Shown here piece after piece: positions 25,844 through 33,598 of a stretch of DNA of 63,737 bases (positions are counted from its first letter, which is position 1; every line of letters starts with the position of its first letter). The notes under the pieces were generated by a model. It ran no database searches and was not told where the DNA came from. It was given only the letters and a program-made list of their open reading frames with translations. Origin of the DNA: Candidatus Woesearchaeota archaeon (GTDB lineage Archaea; Nanobdellota; Nanobdellia; Woesearchaeales; UBA10216); NCBI GenBank assembly GCA_016180085.1, contig JACPBX010000004.1:1-63737 (forward strand), read 5' to 3'. Made by a program: the position numbers and the translations under genes.

Positions 25844-27496
25844 TCATTTTTTGCTATCAAGCGAAGCCAGTTTCTCCTCTTTTCTCAGCTCACTCTTGAG
25901 CCTTCCAAGCGCATCCAGCTCATCCATGTTAACATAGCGCATGTAATGCACAAGCGTTGGGTGGACTGCCTTTATCTGCCTGAACATCTCCTGCACGACG
26001 TGCCTGTAGCTTGGGTGGCCCTGCGGAACGCTCCTCAGCTCGATAAGGTGGTATGCCTCGCGGAGGTTGAACTGCATAATATACCTGATTCTGTAAGCAA
26101 GCGGCACAACATACTGCGCCTCGTTGGGCATCTCGGCAGCGATTTTCCTGTAAACAGCAGCTGCCTTTTTCATGCATTTGTTAAACTCATTGCCGAATCC
26201 CGCCTCAACAATCTCCGGAGGCGTGTCGTAGCCGTGCTCAACCGTCAACAATTGCGGTATTTGCGTCATCATCCTGTGCCTTTGCAAATCCCTGTAAGCG
26301 CCGTAGTCGCTGAGGACGTCAAACTGGTAGTATGCCGCCTCAGCAGCCCTGAAGGGCCTCTCCCTGCGGTTGGTTCTCTTTCCCATGTACTCATCAATAA
26401 CCTTCATTCTTTCTTCTGCTGTCATCTTCTTTGCCATTTTCAGCAGCTGCTGTAGCGGGTGGTGCGAGAACTGGTAAAGCGCGGCAGCAACGACATTTGT
26501 TTCAGCATCCCTGTCGTAATTAACCAGCGTGACTGTCGGCTGCTTCTTTATTTTAATGCCGCTTAGTCTCGCAGATGCAAATGAGTGCATAGCTTTCTTT
26601 GTCTCAACAAGGTAATTGCTTGGCGCTGCCCTCTTGACAAGCGACGGGATAACCTTTGAGAGCTCCTGGTGCATGAGCTGCCCTATTGCGCGGACCTCCT
26701 CGAGCTCGTCGCTCATCAGCTTTGAAATCAGGTACTCAAAGGCGCGCCCATTGCCTGTAACGCCAAGATTCGTAACTGTGGCAGCTGGGAGGTAGTATCG
26801 CAGGATATCGAGTGCCTTTGCCTTGACAGACGACTCGTAAGCTGATTTCGCCCTTTTTGTCTCAGCTTCGTCTGCCATTCCGCTGATTTTTTTGCCGCCG
26901 AAGTCAAACTCTGAAATCGGCCACTTTTCCCTGACAAAAGCCTTTGTTGCCTCAATTTCGCTGCTGTAAGTCTCGAAAAGCTCGTCACAGACTGCCGCAT
27001 ATTCGGCAGCAAGCTTGGAATTCATTATTGTAGCAGGCCTGTAATACCTGCCTTTCTCAAAGACAACATACCTTGTTGATTTTTCAAGTGGCGACATGAG
27101 CCTTGCGCTTTCAATCCTTTTCGCAGCTATCTGCGAAACGTCCTCGCACGCCACATGGGCAATCCCAAGCTCCCCTACCGAGTCATCGCCGTATTCAACC
27201 AGAATCCTGCGGAAGAAATCCCTCGCCTTCACCAATGCAGTTGCAAATGCATCGCTGCTGCCTCCTGTAGCGAGAGCGTCAAGTATGCCTCTGAACCCGG
27301 ATTCGGGGTCCTTTACAAGGTCGAGGAAGTTTTTGCGGATGCTGTGCTGTGAGCGGCTGTACTTTGAAAACAGGACAGCCACGACCTCCTCAGGCACTCT
27401 TGACGTGAAAGCAAACACAGGCTTGTCGAGGTTTGTGAAGTAGGGCTCAAGAATTTTCTTTTCGTCTTCGCTAAACGCATCAGCCAAAACAACCAC
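25844..27496 (-). CDS. thyX: ThyX-like FAD-dependent thymidylate synthase, long (about 550 aa) form
   Basis: LQRHRMMTQ and HLIELRS resemble the ThyX RHR signature region. The context is tmk and dcd. The length is about twice that of canonical ThyX. GTG start. Confidence 0.6.
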   Translation of the reverse strand: MVVLADAFSEDEKKILEPYFTNLDKPVFAFTSRVPEEVVAVLFSKYSRSQHSIRKNFLDLVKDPESGFRGILDALATGGSSDAFATALVKARDFFRRILVEYGDDSVGELGIAHVACEDVSQIAAKRIESARLMSPLEKSTRYVVFEKGRYYRPATIMNSKLAAEYAAVCDELFETYSSEIEATKAFVREKWPISEFDFGGKKISGMADEAETKRAKSAYESSVKAKALDILRYYLPAATVTNLGVTGNGRAFEYLISKLMSDELEEVRAIGQLMHQELSKVIPSLVKRAAPSNYLVETKKAMHSFASARLSGIKIKKQPTVTLVNYDRDAETNVVAAALYQFSHHPLQQLLKMAKKMTAEERMKVIDEYMGKRTNRRERPFRAAEAAYYQFDVLSDYGAYRDLQRHRMMTQIPQLLTVEHGYDTPPEIVEAGFGNEFNKCMKKAAAVYRKIAAEMPNEAQYVVPLAYRIRYIMQFNLREAYHLIELRSVPQGHPSYRHVVQEMFRQIKAVHPTLVHYMRYVNMDELDALGRLKSELRKEEKLASLDSKK

Positions 27497-27569
27497 CGCT
27501 CCGCAGGGTTGCCGCAGCAGCTTCCATATAAAAAACTATTTATAATCACTGCGCGATAGGCACTTGCAA

Positions 27570-28160
27570 ATGATAATAGGGCTTACGGGAACCTTTGCTG
27601 CCGGGAAGGGGACAGTTGCGGAGTACTTGATAGGCAGGGGCTTCCAGTACTACTCGCTTTCTGATGAGCTCAGGCTTCTTGTGAGGGAAAAAGGCGCTAT
27701 GCCTACGAGGGATAACCTGATAAAGGCCGGGAATGCCCTGAGGAAAAAGCACGGCCACGGTTTCCTCGCTGAACTGGTGATTAAGCGGCTAAGGGGCAGC
27801 CCAAGCGTTACAAACTCGCTCATAGACAGCGTAAGGAACCCCGGCGAAATAGCTGCGCTGAAGGAGCTGAAGGATTTCTTCCTTGTTGCCGTTGACGCCC
27901 CTGTTGACATAAGGTATGGAAGGGCAAGGCTGCGAGGCTCTGAGCGCGACCCGAAAACCTTCAGCGAGTTCCTTGTGCAGGAAAAGCGCGAGATGACTGG
28001 CAAGGGAAGCGAGCAGCAGCTTGCCGCGTGCATGGCCGAGGCTGATTTTAAAATAACGAACAACTCTGATTACAAAAAGCTTTATAAGCAGATTGACGAG
28101 GTTGTTGAGCAAATAAAAGCGAAAATTGCGAAAGCCGCAGCCGCCGATGGAAAAAGATAG
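27570..28160 (+). CDS. P-loop nucleotide/NMP kinase-like protein (CoaE/UPF0200-like)
   Basis: MIIGLTGTFAAGKGT P-loop at the N-terminus. A TATA-like tatttataat lies about 27 nt upstream. Confidence 0.55.
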   Translation: MIIGLTGTFAAGKGTVAEYLIGRGFQYYSLSDELRLLVREKGAMPTRDNLIKAGNALRKKHGHGFLAELVIKRLRGSPSVTNSLIDSVRNPGEIAALKELKDFFLVAVDAPVDIRYGRARLRGSERDPKTFSEFLVQEKREMTGKGSEQQLAACMAEADFKITNNSDYKKLYKQIDEVVEQIKAKIAKAAAADGKR

Positions 28161-28180
28161 CATTGTTCGAGTGACTTGAT

Positions 28181-28747
28181 TTGCTGCTAAGTGACAGGAG
28201 CATAAAAGAAGCCATAAGAGAAGGCAAAATCGTCATCAAGCCGTACTTCGAGGACTGCGTCCAGCCTTCCAGCATTGACATCCATCTTGACAGCAACTTC
28301 CTTCTTTTCAACAAGGCGCAGCATGCAGTCATTGACGTGAGGCAGAAGCAGGACGGACTGATGAGGATGGTTGTGGTAAAAGAAGGCGAGCCTTTCATAC
28401 TGCATCCTGGCGAGTTTGTGCTTGGAAGTACCCTGGAATTTGTTAAGATGCCTAACGATATTGCAGCAAGGATAGAGGGCAAAAGCTCCCTCGGCAGGCT
28501 CGGCTTGCTGATTCACAGCACTGCAGGCTACGTTGACCCGGGCTGGGAAGGCAACCTGACTTTGGAATTGAGCAACGTCTCCCCACTGCCCATCACGCTT
28601 TACTACAAAATGAAAATCGGCCAGCTATCGTTCGTGAAGATGACAACGCCTGTTGCCAAGCCATACGGCAGCAAAGGATTGGGCAGCCATTATCAGGGCC
28701 AGAAAACGCCTGTTGCCAGCAAGTTCTATGAAGAGTTTAGGCGCTGA
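28181..28747 (+). CDS. dcd: dCTP deaminase
   Basis: MLLSDRSIKEAI..GKIVIKPY...VQPSSIDIHLD...HPGEFVLGSTLE...EGKSSLGRLGL. TTG start. Confidence 0.9.
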   Translation: MLLSDRSIKEAIREGKIVIKPYFEDCVQPSSIDIHLDSNFLLFNKAQHAVIDVRQKQDGLMRMVVVKEGEPFILHPGEFVLGSTLEFVKMPNDIAARIEGKSSLGRLGLLIHSTAGYVDPGWEGNLTLELSNVSPLPITLYYKMKIGQLSFVKMTTPVAKPYGSKGLGSHYQGQKTPVASKFYEEFRR

Positions 28748-29408
28748 CTTCCCGCATCTCGTAGCGGCCTGGCGCTGCGCTGCTTACAATGGTAACTGCG
28801 GCGAAACCCTCGGCCTTTGTTGGGAGAGCAGTGCTGCTGAACTGCAGTTCATAAAGCGGCTGAAACTTTCTTACTTCTGCTGCAACCTCTGCTTCGCCGG
28901 GTTTACGGCGGGAATGGAGGCCAAGCTCCCTCCTTAAGAATCTTTCAATAGCAACCGGGCGTGGAGTGTCCATCCAGTAAGCCACTTTTACAAGCCCCAG
29001 ACCGCTTTGCTGTGCCATAGCTTCAAGCGGGCTCACAACTTCGTAGCGCTTGTCAGGGTCAAAAGAAGGGCCTTCCAGGATTACATCACCCTTTAACCAC
29101 AGGTGCTCAACAGCCCTGAAGGCAGCTTCCATATTTGTCTGCATGCCGCTCACGCATAGTTCAAGCTCAGCAGCTGAGCAGCTAGCAGCAAACGCACTTG
29201 CCCTGACAGCAGCCTCCAGGTTCAGTAGGGCATCAACCGGCGCTTGGATGTTTTTTGCATTCCCTCTTCTGAACAGGTCAATGCCGCCCTGGGCAGTGTC
29301 ATAATGAACAACAGGAAGCCCCTCCTTTCTGGCGTACCAGTCAGCAAAGGTGGTCTTCCCGGAACCGATTATTCCGCATACAAGATGTAGTGTCGCGTTT
29401 GTTGACAT
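28737..29408 (-). CDS. P-loop kinase-like protein (AAA_33/zeta-toxin-like), paralog A
   Basis: LVCGIIGSGKTT P-loop. I prefer the ATG at 29408 to the track start at 29486. The C-terminal AAPGRYEMRE matches AAPGQYDVKE of the 31502..32161 protein. Confidence 0.6.
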   Translation of the reverse strand: MSTNATLHLVCGIIGSGKTTFADWYARKEGLPVVHYDTAQGGIDLFRRGNAKNIQAPVDALLNLEAAVRASAFAASCSAAELELCVSGMQTNMEAAFRAVEHLWLKGDVILEGPSFDPDKRYEVVSPLEAMAQQSGLGLVKVAYWMDTPRPVAIERFLRRELGLHSRRKPGEAEVAAEVRKFQPLYELQFSSTALPTKAEGFAAVTIVSSAAPGRYEMREVSA

Positions 29409-29448
29409 TTTGGCACTTTGCTCCCCAACTGTAATTTTCCTGGTATTT

Positions 29449-30690
29449 CTAATCAGCTCCTGGCACCGGGCCGTTAAATTCATCAAGAGCTATCACAATG
29501 GGCGATGGATTGTAAAATTCATACCCGCCGGGATTCGGGCTGCCATCGAACAGGGCAGCCTCCAAATCGCGCAAAGGCTTGTCGGTCAGAATGGACATTG
29601 TTGTTTCAAAGTCCATTGTCCGCTGCTGTTTCTCAAAGTATGTTCTTATTTGGGATGGTGTTTCGGGATTAGCCAATACTGCTGAGGTAACAATCTCATT
29701 TCCTCTTCTGAGCCGATAATTCCGGTCCAGGACATCAACCAGCCAGTCAAAAGCTGTAGAGGGATTTCCCTTTCGCAAGGCCTTAACCAACCGGGCCCGG
29801 TGCTCATCCCAGGCAGGTAACATGAAGCGGGTCATTTTTTCCATTGAGGCAGCTCTAATCCTTTGGTGCTTCCCAATTGGTATGCCTGGGCGGGGCTTAC
29901 TCAGTTCGTAATCCAAATCAATCACCATCGTACGCTTGTTTTCGCTGCTTATTGCCGTATTGATTGTGTATTCCTGGCCGGCTACCAGCCATGGAAATGC
30001 AAATATCTCCATATCAACAGCAAGCATTACGGCCATCTGCAGTAGCGGCTTGTTCTTGCCAAACGTGCAGCCGAAAGGCATGGCTAAAGCGTTAATGTCC
30101 CTATTACTCACATAGGAGCGAAGCATTGCCATGTCAAGGTTGGGAGGTGAATCCGGAGGAGGCCCCCAGCAAGAGTATTCCTCGCCATCAAATCCAAATT
30201 GCTGCTGCAGGCGAGGATATCTTGGAATCCTGTTGACAGCTTCTTCAAGGGGTGGAAATCCTCCCAGATACTCCCCGTTTATGTAGCCACGAATTTTTGG
30301 GCAGGGGTACCAGCCGTGTTCCGCGAAAAGATATGCGGTCACATCGCTCATCTGCTTAAGCACCCTTCCCAAATCCATGCCAATAAAGCCGAAGTCAACA
30401 TCGCTCACAGATTGAATTCCCAGCATATCCCTGTAAATCCGGGCTCCAGTAGTCTGGCTGCCAAACAATGTAAGGGCAAGAAAATTGTCTGGAAACTCCT
30501 GCTGCAGCTGATTCGAAATTGTCCAAGCCGTCCTGGCTAGTCGAGTAGGAACCAGGTAACGATGCGACTGATAAGCATCTAGGAACGCGTTATCAGTCCT
30601 GCCTTTTCGCAACCCAAGCATATCAGCTGAGAATGGCCAATCATTTAAAAGAATTGCGCATATTTCATCACTGCCCAAGACGGGCAGCAA
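29449..30690 (-). CDS. hypothetical protein with a pol-beta-type nucleotidyltransferase motif
   Basis: LFGSQTTGARIYRDMLGIQSVSDVDFGF fits the hG[GS]x(9-15)DhD nucleotidyltransferase signature. I recognise nothing in the remaining roughly 300 aa. The start codon is uncertain (TTG at 30690, ATG at 30621). Confidence 0.5.
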   Translation of the reverse strand: MLPVLGSDEICAILLNDWPFSADMLGLRKGRTDNAFLDAYQSHRYLVPTRLARTAWTISNQLQQEFPDNFLALTLFGSQTTGARIYRDMLGIQSVSDVDFGFIGMDLGRVLKQMSDVTAYLFAEHGWYPCPKIRGYINGEYLGGFPPLEEAVNRIPRYPRLQQQFGFDGEEYSCWGPPPDSPPNLDMAMLRSYVSNRDINALAMPFGCTFGKNKPLLQMAVMLAVDMEIFAFPWLVAGQEYTINTAISSENKRTMVIDLDYELSKPRPGIPIGKHQRIRAASMEKMTRFMLPAWDEHRARLVKALRKGNPSTAFDWLVDVLDRNYRLRRGNEIVTSAVLANPETPSQIRTYFEKQQRTMDFETTMSILTDKPLRDLEAALFDGSPNPGGYEFYNPSPIVIALDEFNGPVPGAD

Positions 30691-30775
30691 GCGTTAAATT
30701 ACCTGAACAGGACGCTTTTCTTCCTCGTTTTCTGCCGATAGAAAGAACAAAAGTTTTTATATTAGCTTTAATCAA

Positions 30776-31078
30776 ATGCCGGATATGGAAAAGTCATTGC
30801 TCAGTGAATTGTCGAAAGAACTGGAAATCCCGGAAAAAAGAATATTAGACGAAAGCCTGCACGTTTTTCTGGAAAAGGAGCTTAGAGACGCGTCTGCGGA
30901 GATTTTGAAAATCAAAGCACAATTCAACATCTCAAGCGCAAAGGAGCTAAAGGGCAGAATAGAGAAAGGCGAAGTGGAAGAACACCCCGCCTGGGAGCAG
31001 CTCATTTACTGGGAAAACCTTGAAAAGAGGGTTAAGGCGGTCAACGATTGGATGCAGAAATTACGTACCTCGAGCTAA
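30776..31078 (+). CDS. small helical protein, putative antitoxin partner of the next ORF
   Basis: 100 aa, charged and helical. It overlaps the downstream ORF by 31 nt, a two-gene TA-like layout. Confidence 0.45.
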   Translation: MPDMEKSLLSELSKELEIPEKRILDESLHVFLEKELRDASAEILKIKAQFNISSAKELKGRIEKGEVEEHPAWEQLIYWENLEKRVKAVNDWMQKLRTSS

Positions 31079-31413
31079 AAGGCATTGCCTTGCGGGAATT
31101 TCCTGACATTGTAGTTTCTGCCACCACCGCCAGAGGGCCCTTAAACGCGGCAAAAAACCTCCGGATATTTTTCGTTGACGACTCTTTCCTAGATGTATGG
31201 TTAAGCGATGAGAAATATTCCTACCACTGGCAGCGCAAAGATGGCAAAATCTTCCGGCACGATAATGCTCCGCATAAAAAGCACAAAGGCATAAAGACTT
31301 TTCCAAAGCACTTCCATGACGGCTCTGAAGGCGATGTGAAAGAAAGCGAACTTGGCGATAAGCCTGAAGTTGCGCTAAGGGAGTTCCTGAACTTCGTAAG
31401 GAAAAACATTTAA
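31048..31413 (+). CDS. DUF6516-like protein (my recollection: the family named TumE toxin in RefSeq)
   Basis: YSYHWQRKDGKIFRHDNAPHKKHKGIKTFPKHFH carries the YxYHW / DNAPH / HxH pattern I associate with that family. There is no ATG in the frame, so a TTG start is assumed. Confidence 0.5.
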   Translation: MDAEITYLELKGIALREFPDIVVSATTARGPLNAAKNLRIFFVDDSFLDVWLSDEKYSYHWQRKDGKIFRHDNAPHKKHKGIKTFPKHFHDGSEGDVKESELGDKPEVALREFLNFVRKNI

Positions 31414-31417
31414 TTAG

Positions 31418-31486
31418 TGGAGCCACTGCCAGAGGCAGAAGGTGCCTGTAGCAAGCAGGTTCTATGAGGAGTTCGAAAAGCGATAA
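31418..31486 (+). pseudogene. relic copy of the dcd 3' end
   Basis: It translates to WSHCQRQKVPVASRFYEEFEKR*, compared with the native dcd end GSHYQGQKTPVASKFYEEFRR* (28682-28747). By hand count, 41 of 54 aligned nt are identical. It is preceded by an in-frame stop. Confidence 0.7.
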
Positions 31487-31501
31487 GCTGGAGTTGGCGA
31501 A

Positions 31502-32161
31502 TCAGGTCCTAGCGGTCGAAGCAGTTTCTTTCACGTCGTATTGTCCCGGCGCAGCCCACCTGACCGTGAAGATCCTTTCAAACCCCTCATCCAGTGAGAG
31601 AGGCTCAATGGCGGCTGCTTGCCTTAAGTGTTCCGCAAGCGGGTAATTTAGCATACCCAGCGCGTGCAAGCCCCCTCTTGAAAGCTGACGGGCACGCATG
31701 CGCTCATAAGCCGCGTGTAAGGTGTCGGCCTGCGTCATGTAGCCAAAGACGTGGATGACCCAGCCCATCGCTGCCCCCATGCCGTTCAGGCCGGCAAAGA
31801 CGCCTCTCCGCCGCTCCCTCGTTACGGTCTTTGGCTCGTAGACAACACTGCCGAACTTGGTTAGGCTGTCCTCTATTCGAAGAGTTGCCTCTGCTTTGGC
31901 GATCTCCTCCAAATAAGGATCACCAAACGATCCCGAATTGTGTAGTCTTCTTAGTACCTTAAACCGCTTATGAAGGGGCATACCTCTCAAGAACAAAAGC
32001 TCCCCAGAGGGGCGCCCAAAAACAGCATCAACGAGATCATCACCAATCTCATCACCACCTACCAACATACAGCCTTCCTGCCTTGCCAGCTGGCTGCCGA
32101 ATTCGGTCTTGCCTGTGCCTGACGGTCCTAATAGCATGTGCACGATTTTATCAAGAGTCAT
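31502..32161 (-). CDS. P-loop kinase-like protein, paralog B
   Basis: MLLGPSGTGKTE P-loop. It is convergent with the dcd relic, exactly as paralog A is convergent with intact dcd. Confidence 0.6.
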   Translation of the reverse strand: MTLDKIVHMLLGPSGTGKTEFGSQLARQEGCMLVGGDEIGDDLVDAVFGRPSGELLFLRGMPLHKRFKVLRRLHNSGSFGDPYLEEIAKAEATLRIEDSLTKFGSVVYEPKTVTRERRRGVFAGLNGMGAAMGWVIHVFGYMTQADTLHAAYERMRARQLSRGGLHALGMLNYPLAEHLRQAAAIEPLSLDEGFERIFTVRWAAPGQYDVKETASTART

Positions 32162-32197
32162 AAACCAGAAAGGTAACCAGAAATTGAATAAAAAGCT

Positions 32198-32386
32198 TTA
32201 CCTGAACAGGACGCTTTTCTTCCTGACCTTCTGCCACTTGTAGCTTCTCATTTTTTTTGAAGAGCCAAAGCCGCAGCTTGCGCAGGTCCTTCCCCTCAAA
32301 GTCAGGGTGCGTTGCCCGCATCTCCGGCAGTAAATCATGTTCTTCTTGCCGGACTTTTTGCCAAATGATGCTGTTCCTTTTGACAT
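32198..32386 (-). CDS. rpl37e: 50S ribosomal protein L37e
   Basis: GTASFGKK...CRRCGQRT...CASCGFG Zn ribbon. Length is 62 aa. Confidence 0.92.
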   Translation of the reverse strand: MSKGTASFGKKSGKKNMIYCRRCGQRTLTLRGRTCASCGFGSSKKMRSYKWQKVRKKSVLFR

Positions 32387-32422
32387 AATATCAGGTGAAA
32401 AAATGCCGCATTAAAAAGCTTT

Positions 32423-32659
32423 CTATTCCGCAGAAATCATCACTATCGTATCGCCTCTCAGGAAGACAACGCCAAGTTTTCTCACAACTTCGCCGTTGCT
32501 TCTCTCTTCAGCGTCTTCCAGAACTACGTTGACGTGAATGTCAAATGCCTTGAGCTTTCCGGTATATTGCTTGTTGTTCTTGAGCTCAACAATGACTCGC
32601 TTGTTTCTTGCATTGTTAAGCGCATCAAGCGGTCTTGCTTCATAATTTGCTTCTGCCAC
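32423..32659 (-). CDS. Sm-like archaeal protein (SmAP/LSm)
   Basis: RPLDALNNARNKRVIVELKNNKQYTGKLKAFDIHVNVVLEDAEE...LGVVFLRGDTIVMIS contains the Sm1 and Sm2 motifs. A GTG at 32659 is preceded by ggggg. The track start at 32740 is too far upstream. It is adjacent to L37e, as in many archaea. Confidence 0.85.
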   Translation of the reverse strand: MAEANYEARPLDALNNARNKRVIVELKNNKQYTGKLKAFDIHVNVVLEDAEERSNGEVVRKLGVVFLRGDTIVMISAE

Positions 32660-32748
32660 AACAGTTCCCCCCAACAAAAGTACCGTGATAAATCTGCAAT
32701 AAATATTAGTTCCTGCTAATATATAAAGGTTGTGGCACAATTGCCCGC

Positions 32749-33198
32749 CTATTTTACTATGTCGAGCACCAGCATCGTTTCTGTTCTGGCAACTCCGCCT
32801 ATCCGCTTGAGGTTTCTCAGCAGGATGCTGCCAAGCTCTTCGGCGTCTTTCGCCCGGACCTTTATCAGTATGTCATTGGCGCCTGTTACAGCATTTACTT
32901 CTGTAATGAAGGGCATTGCTGCAAGCCTCTTTGAAATTTCGTCATGTTCCTGGTAAGCAATATCAATCAGCACGTAAGCAGTCAATGGCTTGTTCAGCTT
33001 GCTGTAGTCAAGCACTGCAACGAGCTTCTTGACAATACCGAGTTCTTTAAGCTTCCTTATCCTGTTGTGCACGGTTGTCTGCGGCATGCCGAGAATTGCG
33101 GCGAGTTTTTTAGTCGTCAGGCTGGCGTCCCGTTCCAGGTGCTCAAGTATCGAGAAATCCTTGCTGTCAGGCTCAAAATTTTTACCTATTTCCCCCAT
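32749..33198 (-). CDS. Lrp/AsnC-family transcriptional regulator
   Basis: HTH LAAILGMPQTTVHNRIRKLKELGIV plus a C-terminal RAM-like domain. Confidence 0.85.
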   Translation of the reverse strand: MGEIGKNFEPDSKDFSILEHLERDASLTTKKLAAILGMPQTTVHNRIRKLKELGIVKKLVAVLDYSKLNKPLTAYVLIDIAYQEHDEISKRLAAMPFITEVNAVTGANDILIKVRAKDAEELGSILLRNLKRIGGVARTETMLVLDIVK

Positions 33199-33598
33199 AT
33201 TTGGAAAATAATTTCACTGCTATTTAAAAATATTGCTATTTTTAGAATAGTTTACCAAAATTTCGGCAATAAGTATTAATAGTTTGCAGCATTGCTAGAT
33301 TGTTTTCAAGCATTAGCCAGTGGAATCTTAAAATGATGAGGCAAGGGGGCATGATTTTCGGCTTAGCAGGAGCTTTTGCGGAAAAAGCCTTGTTTATGGA
33401 AAAATATCCGGAGCAGGTTGCAAGATTTCCACAAGCACCACAATTTTTGCGGCTTTTTGGCAGAAAGGCATAAGTAGAATGAAATGGCAATAAGTGGCTA
33501 ATGAGCGGTTCATTCCGGCTTTATATAGAGCATATAACGAACCCATTTAAACCGAAACAGGTTACCGTAAGCCAACAATAAGTGTTGGGTGTTTGGGC

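Noticed and set aside
33242-33490. An 82-aa minus-strand ORF and a roughly 46-aa plus-strand ORF in the Lrp / surface-locus intergenic region.
   Set aside because: No motif, no convincing promoter spacing and an odd composition. The region is more likely a regulatory spacer.
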